From Rhina ancylostomus (lineage: Eukaryota): a stretch of DNA of 64,000 nt. Under the pieces are notes generated by a model that had not been told where the DNA came from, made no database searches, and saw only the letters and a program-made list of their open reading frames with translations. Positions 24,691-37,144 of this stretch are shown here, piece after piece (the first letter of the stretch is position 1; every line of letters starts with the position of its first letter). Made by a program: the position numbers and the translations under genes. Where the stretch lies: contig JARFYF010000094.1 in NCBI GenBank assembly GCA_030265395.1, forward strand, positions 27,081,072 through 27,145,071, in the 5' to 3' direction.

Positions 24691-26949
24691 GCAACTGATG
24701 ACATCTGTTCATAATCATACAGCAGTGTGTTAAGCAGTTGAGATAATTTTATTTTCATGGTTCTCAGCAGAAAGCTTGGAAGATTGGATTGGCTGCACCT
24801 CATGTGATTTTAGTTACCACTGGAGTTGGCAGAAAATAAATTCAGGCAGGATGTAATGTAGTTGGCTGACTCCATCCCCTCAGTTTCTCACTGATTGTAT
24901 TAGATTAAAACTATGCCCTACATGGAACAGGTGCTTAGCAACCATTTTATAATTAGCCCTGTAGAATAATAGATAGAGGGCTGAGTGAACATGGCTGAGT
25001 GTTTTTTAGGTAGGTCTAATCTCTAGGTATGTTTTCATACAACAAATATCGAGGCTTCATCAAGTTCTTTCCATCTGGGCTTTCAGTGGAAGAAGAATTA
25101 CCCCTGTAATGTGTGCAAGCACTGTTGGTGCTTTTTGCATTTGTGTCCCAAAACCTAGACACAAGGATGATATCTAAACATTTATTACAGCTTGCATGAC
25201 ACATGCCTGTAGTATTTTGAACACTACTTAAATTACATTAAATTCTTTAAATGTTTTTATAAATAAAATCCCTTTAGAAAATACTACAGAAAGTCAACCT
25301 TACAAATGAAGAAAATGCATCAATAAGCAGTTATCTCCTACTTTCCCAACGACATAAAGTTAAAAGCTCAACTTGTGATTAAAACTGAATAAACCAAATG
25401 AACTGGAAACCTCTGGATAATTTAGAAAACGGAAGTACTTTGGTCTGCTATCTGGATGACCTATGTTCCATATGGCTTCATCCCAAAAGTCATAAAATTC
25501 TAAGCGTGTGATGCTCATCATCCATTGTATTCTCCTCTTTAGCTGCACAACAGCATACTTATACAAATCGTCTAATTAACTTTTCTTACATATTTCTGTC
25601 TGTAATGTTGATGATAATTTATTTGAACTAAGTTATTTGAAATTGAAATAAAGCAACTAAATAGGACAAATACCTTTAGCTTATTAGATAGTTAATTGAT
25701 CTTGTTGTTAGCTCTAAAGGCATTAATTGTCATCAGCGTACCAAGTAATCTTGCAAAATCATGTAATGTTTATTTCACCACACGAATGTGAAATTTTGAC
25801 AACTGTATCTACTATTGATCTTAAGTAATAGGAAGTCAATCTTAGAGTGTGTAGACATGATTAGATCTGGAATTGGCTAACTGATCACCAGGTAAGTCGT
25901 ATGATGGGAGGTGATTCCATACTGTACTATTTTTTTTCACTCCTGCCATTGGTGTCTTCACTGTAGTGAGTAAGTGGGTGAATACTTTCAGGAGGACAAT
26001 CCATTTTGAGACTCTTTATTGCACCCATTCCTACATAAACACATGCCTGCTCACCATTCAATAAGATCACAGCTGATCCTATATCTCAAATCTATTTTGT
26101 TGCCTAATTCTCAATCACTTATTGTGTCAGAACGTCATTTTGCAGTCCTGCCCTCAATACCAGATGGATCACAACTGAATTATTTTCCCTACAAATAAAG
26201 CACTTAATGTATTCTCTGCTTCTTCAACCTACTACAACAGCTCACTAGTCTTTCAATAGAATGTTTAGCTTTATTATAACATAAAGATCAAGAATTTTTT
26301 TGATGTAACTGAGTAATGTGAATGTTCCATTTTCATAATAATTGGTATTCATATGTGCACTCAACCTTTGCAAGACAACTGGGGATCCAAAGCTCTTGTC
26401 ATTCAGTGAAAGAGTTAGTTAAATGTTGGATAGAAATTTGTCGGCCTGGGGTATGTTTTGACATATCCAGTGTAGGCCTTCATTTGTGCTCAGTTTCGAT
26501 CATGTTTTTTGATTGACATATTAATTTGCACCTTATTCTATTTATGAGAATGATTTGCCCTGTTGTGATTATTTTGCGCCCATACACCCAAAGCACACAG
26601 AGGAAACAGAGTTATTTTCATCCTCAGGGAGCACTCATTTGATGTCTGCCTTACTACATTGGCAAGTGTTTATACAACCTGCACTGGAAGCTAGATTTGA
26701 ACGCAAGACAGTAGCCCCATTTCTGCTCTGTTTAAAGAGATCCTTAATTACTTGCAGATTTATTGCACGGAAGTTTTGTGCTTTGTAGAACTGCAATTGG
26801 GAACTGTGATGGTTGGAGATATTTTCCCATGAGGAGAAGGCTGATATAATCTTGACAAAATAATGGCTGCTTTCCGAGTAATCCTGCTGGCTCACCAGGA
26901 TGATCATGAGCAGAAAGAGAAGGCTTGAATAGAGAACATAGACCCCAAG

Positions 26950-27780
26950 GGGGAGGGGTAGGAGAGCTCTGAGCAGGATAATCAATCCCTGAAAAGTCTT
27001 TTCTCCAAGTGTCCAAGAAGCAATGCATTCAGAGGCTATGATTTTCATAGTAAATGTTCACTTGGTGTTCCTACCTGATGCACATAGAGCTCCAGCCACC
27101 ACTGGTATTGTACATGGAGAAGTGGCCATGACAACTTAGTTCCCAGATCAATCCGAGTGACAATATATGTACACCACAGATATGCAGCCCATTGCTGCAT
27201 GCTGAACTAGTTTAAAGGCTTTCTACTGAAAGGGCAATTTGCCACACTTTCCTTGAATAAAGAGCAGCAGACTATATGGGAGCAGAAATTTGCCAAATTA
27301 TGTGCTTTCCAAACTTTCAGGGAATGATAGATTGCATACATGATACAAAGGACTCCACATAATAATCCTTGGTATTCAAGAAATATGTTTCATTTCTTGC
27401 ATTTCATCAAGAGCCCTTCATCGTTAATGCATTATAGCTTGACAATTCATTCATCGTGAGCTACTGAGCCTAAAGTGCCACAATGCACCGATGGATGTAC
27501 CTTCTGGGAGTAATGGCTATCCTCTCGCTCTGGTCAAGGATCCTGCGGAGGCTGCTAAGTGCAATTACAATCAAAGATACTGGATGCATCATGGAGATAA
27601 CAGCTAAGGTCCTCAAACAGGGACTTTGTTGCTTGGACTATTTTGGGATATTCTGTAATGTACCTTGGGGAGGATTTCCCACTTGTTGCCATCTGATGTG
27701 TTCTGCACAGTCTTACTATAATGAGACACTTGCCTACTATGCAGCAGGAAGAGACGAGAAGGAGGTGGAAGAATGATGAC
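26950..27780 (+). mobile_element. Fossil PIF/Harbinger (DDE_Tnp_4) transposase
   Basis: FPNFQGMIDCIH (about 27306-27341), LLG/xGYPL (about 27500-27525, frameshifted) and IMEITAKVLKQGLCCLDYFG (about 27588-27647) occur in the order of the Harbinger motifs GAIDCTH, LLGDxGYPL and IExTxGxLKxRFRCLD. Confidence 0.7.
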
Positions 27781-29487
27781 GGTAGCAACAAAAATTTGCC
27801 TTCTGAATGTGCAATCAGGGTGTGATTGTTCACCCTGCTGTAAGCTGAGGACCCCACTGCATCGACTGAGGACTTGAACAAAGAGGCAGTCTGTGCATTC
27901 TCATGCAATCCTTTCACAATAACTGGAGTTTGTTGAAATTAAGCTGAAGGTAACCACACAAGATCTAGGCAATGATCATCTCTAACAAGAGAAAGCCTAA
28001 CCATTTCCCCCTGTCATTTACCAGCATTTCCATTAACCAGCCTATCACCAGCAGCATATTAGGATCACTGCTGACCTGGAACAGTCATGTAATTACTGCA
28101 GGTGTCAGGGCTACGTTTTCTGCAGTGAAGAAATCAGCTTTGGACTTTGTAAGGATTTATAATCATTCATAAGATTATAAACCAGGTATGCTGAAGAATA
28201 TATTCTACTTGTCTCAGTGATTGCAACCCCAAAGGTGATGAAGGTCCCTTTAATTCAGCACACAATAACCTATTGAAACCCTAACCCATTTCCATTAATC
28301 ACCCTGAGCATTAACTACAGCCTAATGTCAACACAATGCCTCCAATGTGCACCACGTACAAAGTAAATAACAACTATTCACTAGCACTTCTTTACCAGGA
28401 CACACAAAATACTTGACTCCTCCCCTACCTGGAAGGATAAGTCATCAATCCCATTGTCACTCTAACATCTACACTGAAGTTGGACTCCAAGTCACACACT
28501 GTCCCATGTGCTGGCTTAGTCACTGTGTTGGAACTGCCCACCTATCAGTACTGTGGGAGTTTCTTCCCACAAGCACTATGGTGAGTCATAAACGTGTGTG
28601 CTTACCACCTTCAATTGCAATTCAGGATCATTACATGTTGACATCTCAACAATGTACACCTCCCCAAGTGATTACTAATAAAACAACATCCAAATCACCA
28701 TCACGACACAGTTCCTTCTTTACATCCCTCTGATGCTGTTCAGCTCAATGTCCTGGTGCACACAAATCTTGAATATTGGAGCCATGCTGAAAACTTAAAC
28801 ATCCAATCAGATGTAAAACCGTACAAACTTTGTATTTCCCCTCAGTACCTGTCTTAATACATGTGCAAAGTACCTACTCATTGGCTGGAGCCAAGCTGGT
28901 GGATGGTTGCACTAGTGGAGGACACACATGGCCATTGAAGATGATGGTGAGCAGCTTTTGACTTAGATGGCCCAATTTCAAACAGCACTGTCTTGCTACA
29001 ACCAGCACCAGATGTCTGAAGAGCACTGTGGGCACAAATTGAGCTTTTAGCCTGAGAAAGGACATCAGAATCTAATTCTGCAGTGCTGCTAATACTGTCC
29101 AGGGGCAGGAGGTCAGCGATCCTCATAATCTATTGAATGGCAAGTTACTGAAGTGTTGCGTCAGCCTCAAAGCCTAAAGATTATATATTCTAGAGTGATA
29201 TTGCAGCAGTCTGAGCTTGAGCAGCTATCTGAGCTCTGACTGCAGTAATCATCCAATGAGTGACTTCTGCCTCTGCAGGCACAGAATACTGCACCAATTT
29301 CAGATCTGTGAGTATTCGCTTGGAGCTGGCCACCTTTTCTATGGAAAATGCAGATTCAATGAAAAGCCAAGTGCATGATTGAAAGTGGGCTCACCACCAT
29401 GCATCTAGACATCACACACAGACTTTCAGGTAGGTTTAGGCTGGTATAGAAACAAAAATTAGTATTGTTGTTAACTAAACAAGAGCT

Positions 29488-29780
29488 CATAACAATACAA
29501 TCTTCCACTTATATAGCACATTTAAAATTGCAAAGTGTCCCAAAATCCTTCACATGAACAATATAAAACAAAATTTGATAACAAATCACATCAAGATATA
29601 TTGGACCAGATGATCATAAGCTGTCAAAGGTGCAGGTTTTAAGAAGAGTCTTAAAGAACAAGGGAGGGCTAGTGAGGTTTATAGAGGAATTTAAGAGTTA
29701 GGGTCTTGACAGTTGGAAGCATGTTGCCTCTCGTAGAATGATTAAAATGGATAAGTATGAGGTACATGAAATTAGAAACA
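29488..29780 (-). mobile_element. L2 LINE 3' end fragment
   Basis: ttatatagcacattt...gtgtcccaaaatccttcaca...ggttttaagaagagtcttaaag...gaggtttatagaggaatt reads as a reverse L2 tail. Confidence 0.55.
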
Positions 29781-30164
29781 TTTTCATGCCAAATGTTATG
29801 GAAATGTAAGAAAGCTTTGTTGAGAAATGATAGTATATCAATGCCACCATTCAAAAAAGACCCTTGATTGTTATTTGAAGCAGATGAAAGATGATGGCCT
29901 GGATTCTGGTGAGTTTTGCTGGCAGTTCCACATGGAACTTCCCGATTTACTGACTCAGCTCTACTGGCTATTTCCTGTCTGTGCTTCACCAGTGGATCCC
30001 CACAGAGTCCCAACAGTGGAAGAGGAGCTGTCTGAGATTTGTCACCTGGGGAATCTACAATCTACTAGCGAATCCTGTACTTGGTTAGACTGGTGCAGAT
30101 TTGGCAAGCCTGTTCATTCGAATGGGGATTGCTTGTCTGCAGAGAAGAAAGTATAAGGTGTAGT

Positions 30165-31170
30165 AGTAAGTATAAGGTGTGTCTAGTTGCTACAATTTTA
30201 ATGATATATTGTAGATAAAAGTGAAGAGATGGATGCACTATATTTAGATTTCCAGGAGGCATTCAAATGCTGCATCAATAGCTGACTGCAGAAAATAAAA
30301 GCTCATGGTGTTGGAGGTATCATATTAGCAGGGTCAGAAGAATGGCTGGCTAACAAGAAACAGAAATTGGTCTTTTCTGAGTTGGCAAAATGTAATAAGA
30401 AGTGCACCATGGACATTGGAGATGGCATCTCAACCTTTTGCAATATGTTAATGACTTGGATGAAGGCACCGAAGATACAGTTACTAAATTTCCTGATGAT
30501 ACAAAGATAGGTAGGAAAGTAGATTGAGAAATGGGAATAAAGAGGCTACAAAGGAATATAGTTAGGCTAAGTGAATGGACAAAGATCTGGCAAATGGAGT
30601 ATAATGTTAGAAAATGTGCAGTTGTTCATTTTGGCAGGAAGAAACATAGTATGTAAATAATGAGAGATTAAAGAGCTTTAAGATGCAGTTGGATCTGGGT
30701 GTCCTTGTGCAGGATTCATAAAAGCCAAGAATGCAGCTACTATAAGTAATTAGGAAAGCTTGGCATGGATGAACAGTGCCAAAGGGCCTGTTACCATGCT
30801 GTTGAACTCCATGACTTCAGCAAAAGTCTGGAGTCACTATCAAGCGAGAATTCTTCATCTCTTGCCTCACCACTTTCAAGAAATCAACAAGCTCTCTGCA
30901 GTTGCAACAGCTAGAAGAATCTTACTTGTTATTTGTATTCAGCTGGAGCATTGAGCTTAAAAATGTCAGCACTGAAATCAAATTGGTGTTGCAGGTTGAT
31001 GCCATGATCTACCTGTTCTTTGCATTTCCCCCATTGGTCCATATGCACACAGTATATGGATCATTGATATGGTGTCTGGCATTAGTTCCACCAAAGATAC
31101 CACCAGCAATTATTGTTCTTTACTAGGCTAATTGAATACAAAAGTAGAGAGGTTATATTTCAGTTATTTC
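30165..31170 (+). mobile_element. CR1 LINE RT fragment, interrupted at about 30761-31120
   Basis: YLDFQEAF (about 30240), NDLDEG..KFPDDTKIG (about 30450-30512) and WQMEYNVRKC.VVHFG. Resumes at about 31120 (attgaatacaaaagtagagaggtt). Confidence 0.8.
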
Positions 31171-32446
31171 TGATCAGTTAAGTCTTTTTGCCTGTTGCGG
31201 GATGTCATCTTGAACCTCCAAGCTATCTCATTGTGCCCAAGGTACAGTGCTATTGAGTCTGATTTTACCCCCAAAGTATTACCAGAATATTTGTAAGAAA
31301 TTTGGGGAAAGTGTTATATAAATGCAAGCAGATAAACATGACGCTAAATTCAGTCTTTCAGTTCTTTGTCGTGCTGTTACATCAGTCAAAATTGTCAGTT
31401 GTTCTTTCACAACTATATATTTAAATAGGTCCAATACACTAAACTGATCTAGAAATGGATTAATTAATAAATATCTTTTTTAAAAACTAGTATTTATAAC
31501 ATGGAAAACTTATTGAGCAAAGTATGTTGCATTGTTAATTTTGTTGCAATCAACATGTTTCAATTAAAGAACCAAAGCATAGCTTTTTTTAAGCTAATAG
31601 ATTCAGAAGTAGACCTTTATGGATTAAAGTTGTAAGATAATGGAACAAGAAATTAAGAGAAAATATTTGACTGGCTGTCTTTCTCTAAAAAAGCAATATT
31701 GGATTTCTGATTGCCATTGAATGCCAGAAGCATTGAGAATTGGAAGTGTGTGGCTGCACTTGTACATTATGGATATTCACTGTCAACATTGTCTTATTAC
31801 CACCTTCGTAGTGCACCTGCTGTCAGACATTAACTCCATCAATAATGAAGGCTTTTTTAAGTGACAATAAACAATTGCTCTACAAGCTTGCATCTGCCTT
31901 GCTTGAATTGTTGGCTTTGAGACTAAATTTAGCTTTTATAGTGTTTGCATTTATTGCAGTTTACAGGCAAATAGTGTAAATGTTATTTCAACAAAGAATA
32001 ACTTTAGACATCGTGTGACATTTTGAGCTCATGATTATTACTGCAGTTTAGAAAGAATTGCATCTATATCGTGCCAAAGAATGTTACCATCACTGAAGTG
32101 CATTTTAAGCATAGTTATAGGAATGGAGAAAAAGCAACAGCCGAGTTATCCAATGCAAGTAACCACAAACAACTACATGTTACTACCAGATGTTGATTGA
32201 GGAATTAATTAGAACAAATATGCTCATCATCTGGATGGTTCTTACAGTGTATTTTAAATCTCTGTAGCCACAAGATTGATGCTCAACAACTACATGGGTA
32301 GGAGCCACTGGAAAGGTAGTTGTGCTTATCTTACAGATGCAAGTTCATGCTGTGTTCTATATATCATGCCTTAGGTATTCAATAAAATGTTATTCTAGTT
32401 TAAATTCTTGCATTTTTACTTTCTTCCTCTTTTTATTTTTGTGCAG

Positions 32447-32585
32447 AAGATAGGTCCTCCTCCAGTATGGCCACACAACCATACTCACCATCCAGTAAGA
32501 TGGAATGGATAATTCCATTGGTGGTTGTCTCAGCATTGACATTTGTCTGCTTGATTCTCCTCGTGGGGGTGCTGGTTTACTGGAG
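32447..32585 (+). CDS. PTPRG: PTPRG transmembrane exon
   Basis: Long pyrimidine tract plus gtgcag| and donor AG|gtaaga. 139 nt (phase 1 to 2): [45 protein letters not shown](R), matching the [28 protein letters not shown] helix. Confidence 0.96.
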
Positions 32586-32661
32586 GTAAGATTTTGAGCT
32601 GCTTCTATTGCAGGTGCCCAGTAATGAAAATATCATTGACCTTACATGTAATCTAAAAGCA

Positions 32662-33112
32662 AAAACTGCAGATGCTGGAAATCTGATATAAAAACAGAAA
32701 ATACTGGAGATTCTCAGCAGGTCAGAAACCATTTGTGTTGGGGGAAGTTGACTTCAAGTTTCAGGTCAGAACTGGAAGAGTGAGAAAGCAAGCATGTTTT
32801 AAATTGCACAGAAAGGAGAGCATGGAGAGCACTGCTCATTGTTCATTTTCTCTCCTTTGTCTTCACTCACTTTTATTTACCTCTCCTCCATACATTTCAA
32901 CTATGACTAACAAGCCTTCACCACCCTCCTTTGTATAGCATCAACACTAGCTAGGTTATTCTGGTCTCCATGCTATTGTAGGCATTCCCTTTGCTCTCTC
33001 GCTTCTCCGCAATTAAAACACACTCATTTTCCTACTTTCCAGTTCTGTCTCTGTTTATTTCTCTGCAGGTAGTGCCAAGTCTGCTGAGTATCTCCAGAAA
33101 TGTCTATTCTTA
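32662..33112. mobile_element. Long palindromic Penelope-like element
   Basis: Left arm ctgcagatgctggaaatctg...ctcagcaggtcag...cagaactggaagagtgagaaa...gttttaaattgc. Right arm gcaattaaaac...actttccagttctg...ctgctgagtatctccag. Confidence 0.7.
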
Positions 33113-33889
33113 TGAAGTGTAGGCTGACAGTTTTTGATTACCTGTTTCTATGACAATGAAATATAGTGAAAAGATTTTTTCTCATAATTTTTATCCTCTT
33201 TAATGTTCTTTAGTTTTCTGTGCCATCCATAAATATTTACGAGTATTTCTGTGTGGTCGGTAATTTAATTCAACAGGAAAAGCATGTTCAGTTGGAATTA
33301 TTCATATTATTTCTGGAGTATACATTAGCCTAGAAAGTGGATCAATTAATAGCCCATGTTTTATATGTATTCCTCCTGGCTTCTGTCCTGTGAACAAGAC
33401 TTCAGTAATGTGTTGTGTAATTCTGAATGCTCTCTCCCTGTACCAAGCAGCCTGTCTCTGCTCCCTGGCAGCCATTGTGTGCATTGTTCATGTCTACATG
33501 CCATGGGGAATGTGGCTGAGAATGCTGATGCCCTTTTCTTTGTTCTTAGCAGATGTTGGCAGTTGAACAAAATTGATTGTTGTCTCATTATAGCTCATTT
33601 CTGGATGTAAAATACTCAAGTGCAGTTTTAAATGCATTCTTGACCAATTTCACAATTTTTGGAGGGACCCAATTCATTGTTCATGTGAAATGCAATGATG
33701 GCTTACCACAGGGTTGATTAAAAAGGTGATATCCAATTTCTAGATTATTACTTTCAAACAGATTAGAATTATTTTGTTATGTATGTTACCTACTCTGAGA
33801 AATCAATTCTATTGTTTGGTAAATACTAAATTTTTTAGTTGTACATCTCCCTGCAAATTAATTCTACCTCTCTTCTATTCTCTTTTCTA

Positions 33890-34090
33890 AGTGGATTAGT
33901 TAACAGAAATCTTGCATTTGAATCAGAAGATTATGAGTTGAAGTTTAGCTGCGTGAATCAAGTGCATAATCTATGCTGACTCTTAAACTCAGTTTGAGGA
34001 GGTACTGCCTTTCAAATGAGACATTAAATTGAAGCACTGCATGTTTCTCTGAACTCATGTGCTGTTTCAAGATTAGCAGCAACTTCTGCT
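33890..34090 (+). mobile_element. Deu-type SINE 5' fragment
   Basis: tgaatcagaagattatgagttgaag...ataatctatgctgac...gcctttcaaatgagacattaaattgaag, similar to 1010-1200. Confidence 0.45.
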
Positions 34091-35095
34091 ATGAAACCAA
34101 TAGTTAGCTGCCAAAGGCACCATTTAGCACATGAGGAAATTCTGAGCTTTTGGGACAGCAGCAGTTGCCATGTATTGCCTAAAGTCTAGTTTCAGTGCAT
34201 ACCTTGATTGTTTGCAACTTCTGCAAATCCACAGCTCCAGCTGGTGGAACCACTATTCAGAAGAGTATTGTGTTGCATGAACAAGTCATAACCTTCATTA
34301 ACTCAAATAAAGTAAGAGGGAAGGTGACTGTAAATGTACACTCTGTCCAAAAGGCAATCTCGTAGGTTATTGTTGAAAAGTCACCTGAAGAGGCTGTTAA
34401 TTAGGGTGGGGATGGTGGTACAGATTAGTGGGGATAATGAGGGAAATTATTTCTAGGCTGTAGGGTTTAGAGTTATTTTTGGGTGTTATTCCAATGGAAA
34501 ATTGACATAATTTAATTTGCAGTGGGACTGATTAAAGTTGAATTCTTAACAATACTGTATATAAGAAGCTAATACTATATATAAAAAATTAAAGTATGTG
34601 ATATATTAAAGACTTTCAGATGAATTTAGCCACTTCTAACAGTAATCAAAAGATTGTTTGCCTAAAGTTTAGGAAATAAATTTAAGTTTACATTGAATTT
34701 GATTTTTTTTTGCATTATCTGGTATGTCCCAGACTGAATTACAAAAGTGAATAAAATGCCAATTAACCAGATGAAGCTGGGGACAGAAATGCAGTTAATG
34801 ATGGTACATTTTATTCAACATTGTCCAATTAAAATTAAATTATCATCACAGTAATTGGATAGTTCATATTAATCAATGGAATTCCAAATCACCATGAACA
34901 CAACAATAAGTGCTTCACAGTATCTCTTATATTCATTGTTCACGTTTATATTATGGGTTAACAGAGAAGAACGTACAATTGGTGTATAATCAGTTGATAT
35001 GTAGTACAAAGACAGTGATATATACGTTAAATATACAACTTTTCCATTGTAGCAGCTAATCAAATGTGTCATTCAAAAGTCCTATCTTCTGAGTG

Positions 35096-35430
35096 TCATC
35101 CGGGATCCAATCCAAAGATTGACAAGGGTGGTTTGAAGTTGAGCTCAAGACTGGAGGTCTGAGTTTGATCAAATTNNNNNNNNNNNNNNNNNNNNNNNNN
35201 NNNNNNNNNNNNNNNNNNNNNNNNNNNNNNNNNNNNNNNNNNNNNNNNNNNNNNNNNNNNNNNNNNNNNNNNNNNTGTGTGTGTGGAAACCAGCAGCAAT
35301 GGATACGTTTTTGAAAAAACCCACTCCTGGAGGATTACAGGGGATGAAGAAGCCTGATTTGCTGAGACTTGCTGCAGAGCTACGTCTTGAGGCAGTAACG
35401 CGATTTATGAGAAAGGCAGATATTCAGAGA
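35096..35430 (+). mobile_element. Ty3/Gypsy (Gmr1-like) internal 5' fragment: partial primer-binding site plus gag N-terminus
   Basis: TCATCCGGGAT resembles the 3' part of a tRNA-Pro PBS (TGGGGGCTCGTCCGGGAT). ATG 35299 begins MDTFLKKPTPGGLQGMKKPDLLRLAAELRLEAVTRFMRKADIQR, resembling the N-termini of fish Gypsy gag proteins. Confidence 0.55.
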
Positions 35431-36424
35431 CTGTCTAAGCTTCTAACCTTAACCGCTGTTATTACTTAAAGCAATTTGACATTTCATAGTTGCCTTCTTT
35501 GACATCAAATTTTCTTCTAATCTTATTTTTCTTGGTGTTTATGTTATCATGTGTTTATTTATTGCACTGTCAAAGACAGTGTAGCTGTTAAACTAACCAT
35601 TCCAGGATTCAACTTATACATTTTATTAAGTTTGCTAAGTTCTGTATCAACGTTTGATGAACTTCCTCAAAGATTCTACCTCTTTAACTTTTGAGAACCT
35701 ATCACAAAGTGGACTTAGGTATGCAAGATATGTTCCAAATGACCTTCAATTCTACCAAGGAAATCCTGTCTTGACAATATGGCTATTTATCAGGACGATC
35801 AACTCAGTTACATGGATGCTTTTCAAGATGTCATCAGTCAGATAAATGTTGGGTACATTAATTCAACAATCTTAAATAGTTGAAAATTTAAAAAAAATTC
35901 CCTGCCTTTTTGTTCAAAATGTTTATTATCATGTTCAGGGTGACATTTTGCAGTTATTGGGTTTCCCTCACTGCTACCTTTCCAAAGGCAGTATAAATTA
36001 GTCTGCTGGCCCAGTTCTGAGTTGCATCAGGATTCTAAGTGAAAATAATTGGCATGGAGATTGGGTCTTTCTGTGAAGATAATCCAAAATGTCTTTAGTG
36101 TGTCCAGATTGCCATAGGTTCTCCTACTTAAACTGGACTGAATAAGATGACACAGTATATTCATGTCTCACTACACTTATTATGAGGTGGTATCATTTTT
36201 GACCTCCATTCACATTTGCAAAGCTTTCCATTCCTCATGTTGAAAAGGCCAGATGAAAACTTTCCATTTTCAGAAAGAAATGGAAGAAACATTATAGAAT
36301 ATCTTTCTTCAGTATATAATTTTTAAAGTTTATTCTGATCAACTTTTATCAGTAAATTTTATTTTGCTATGGGTTCCATTGTATTTCAAAATGTAGTAGA
36401 CTCAGAAGAAATTGATAAAGACGG

Positions 36425-36990
36425 ATATAGGGACCTTGGTGTTTATGTCCTTAGACACTTATAGATAGCAGATAGGTCAATGAAGTTGTGAAAAAGATAT
36501 ACAGGATGCCTGCATTTTATTAGCTAAGGCATAGAATATAGGAGCAACAGGGAGGTAATGCAAAACTCTATGCATTGCTTGTTAGCCCTCAGCTTGAATG
36601 TTTTGTACAGTTCTAATCAATGATCCACTAGAGAGGATGCAGAGAAGATTTACAAGGATGCTGCAAGGCAAGCAAAATTTTAGCTATGAGAAGTGGTTGG
36701 ATAAGTTATAGTTGTTTGCCTTACAATATGGGAAGCTGAGGGAAGACTTAGGTGATATGATTAAAAGGAGCATAAATAGAATAAGAAAAAATGAACCTAA
36801 TTCCCTTAGCAGAAGGGTCAAAAGTTAGGTGGCTTTGATTTAAAGTAATTGATAGCAAATGGTAGTGGTCTGGAACTCATTGCCTTAAAGGATGGTTGAG
36901 TCAGAAAACCTCGCCTCATATAAAAAAGTGTCTGGGTATATAGGGACCTGCAGGGCTGTTCTGATCGGGTGCTGGAAGGTGGGATTGGGT
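36425..36990 (+). mobile_element. CR1 LINE 3' part, decayed
   Basis: agggaccttggtgtttatgtcc, ggcatagaatataggagca, agaggatgcagagaagatttacaaggatgctg and gctgagggaagactta. Confidence 0.7.
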
Positions 36991-37144
36991 AGTGCATTTT
37001 TGACCAAGTTGGACATGACGAGTCTACGGCAGAGTTGTACTTGGCTCTGTGGGATTGGATGTGCCCGGACCTGCTTGAATTGCATCACACTATGCTTCTG
37101 GCTGTCAGATTTCAGACTCCATGAGGAAGGGCATTATGACCCTT

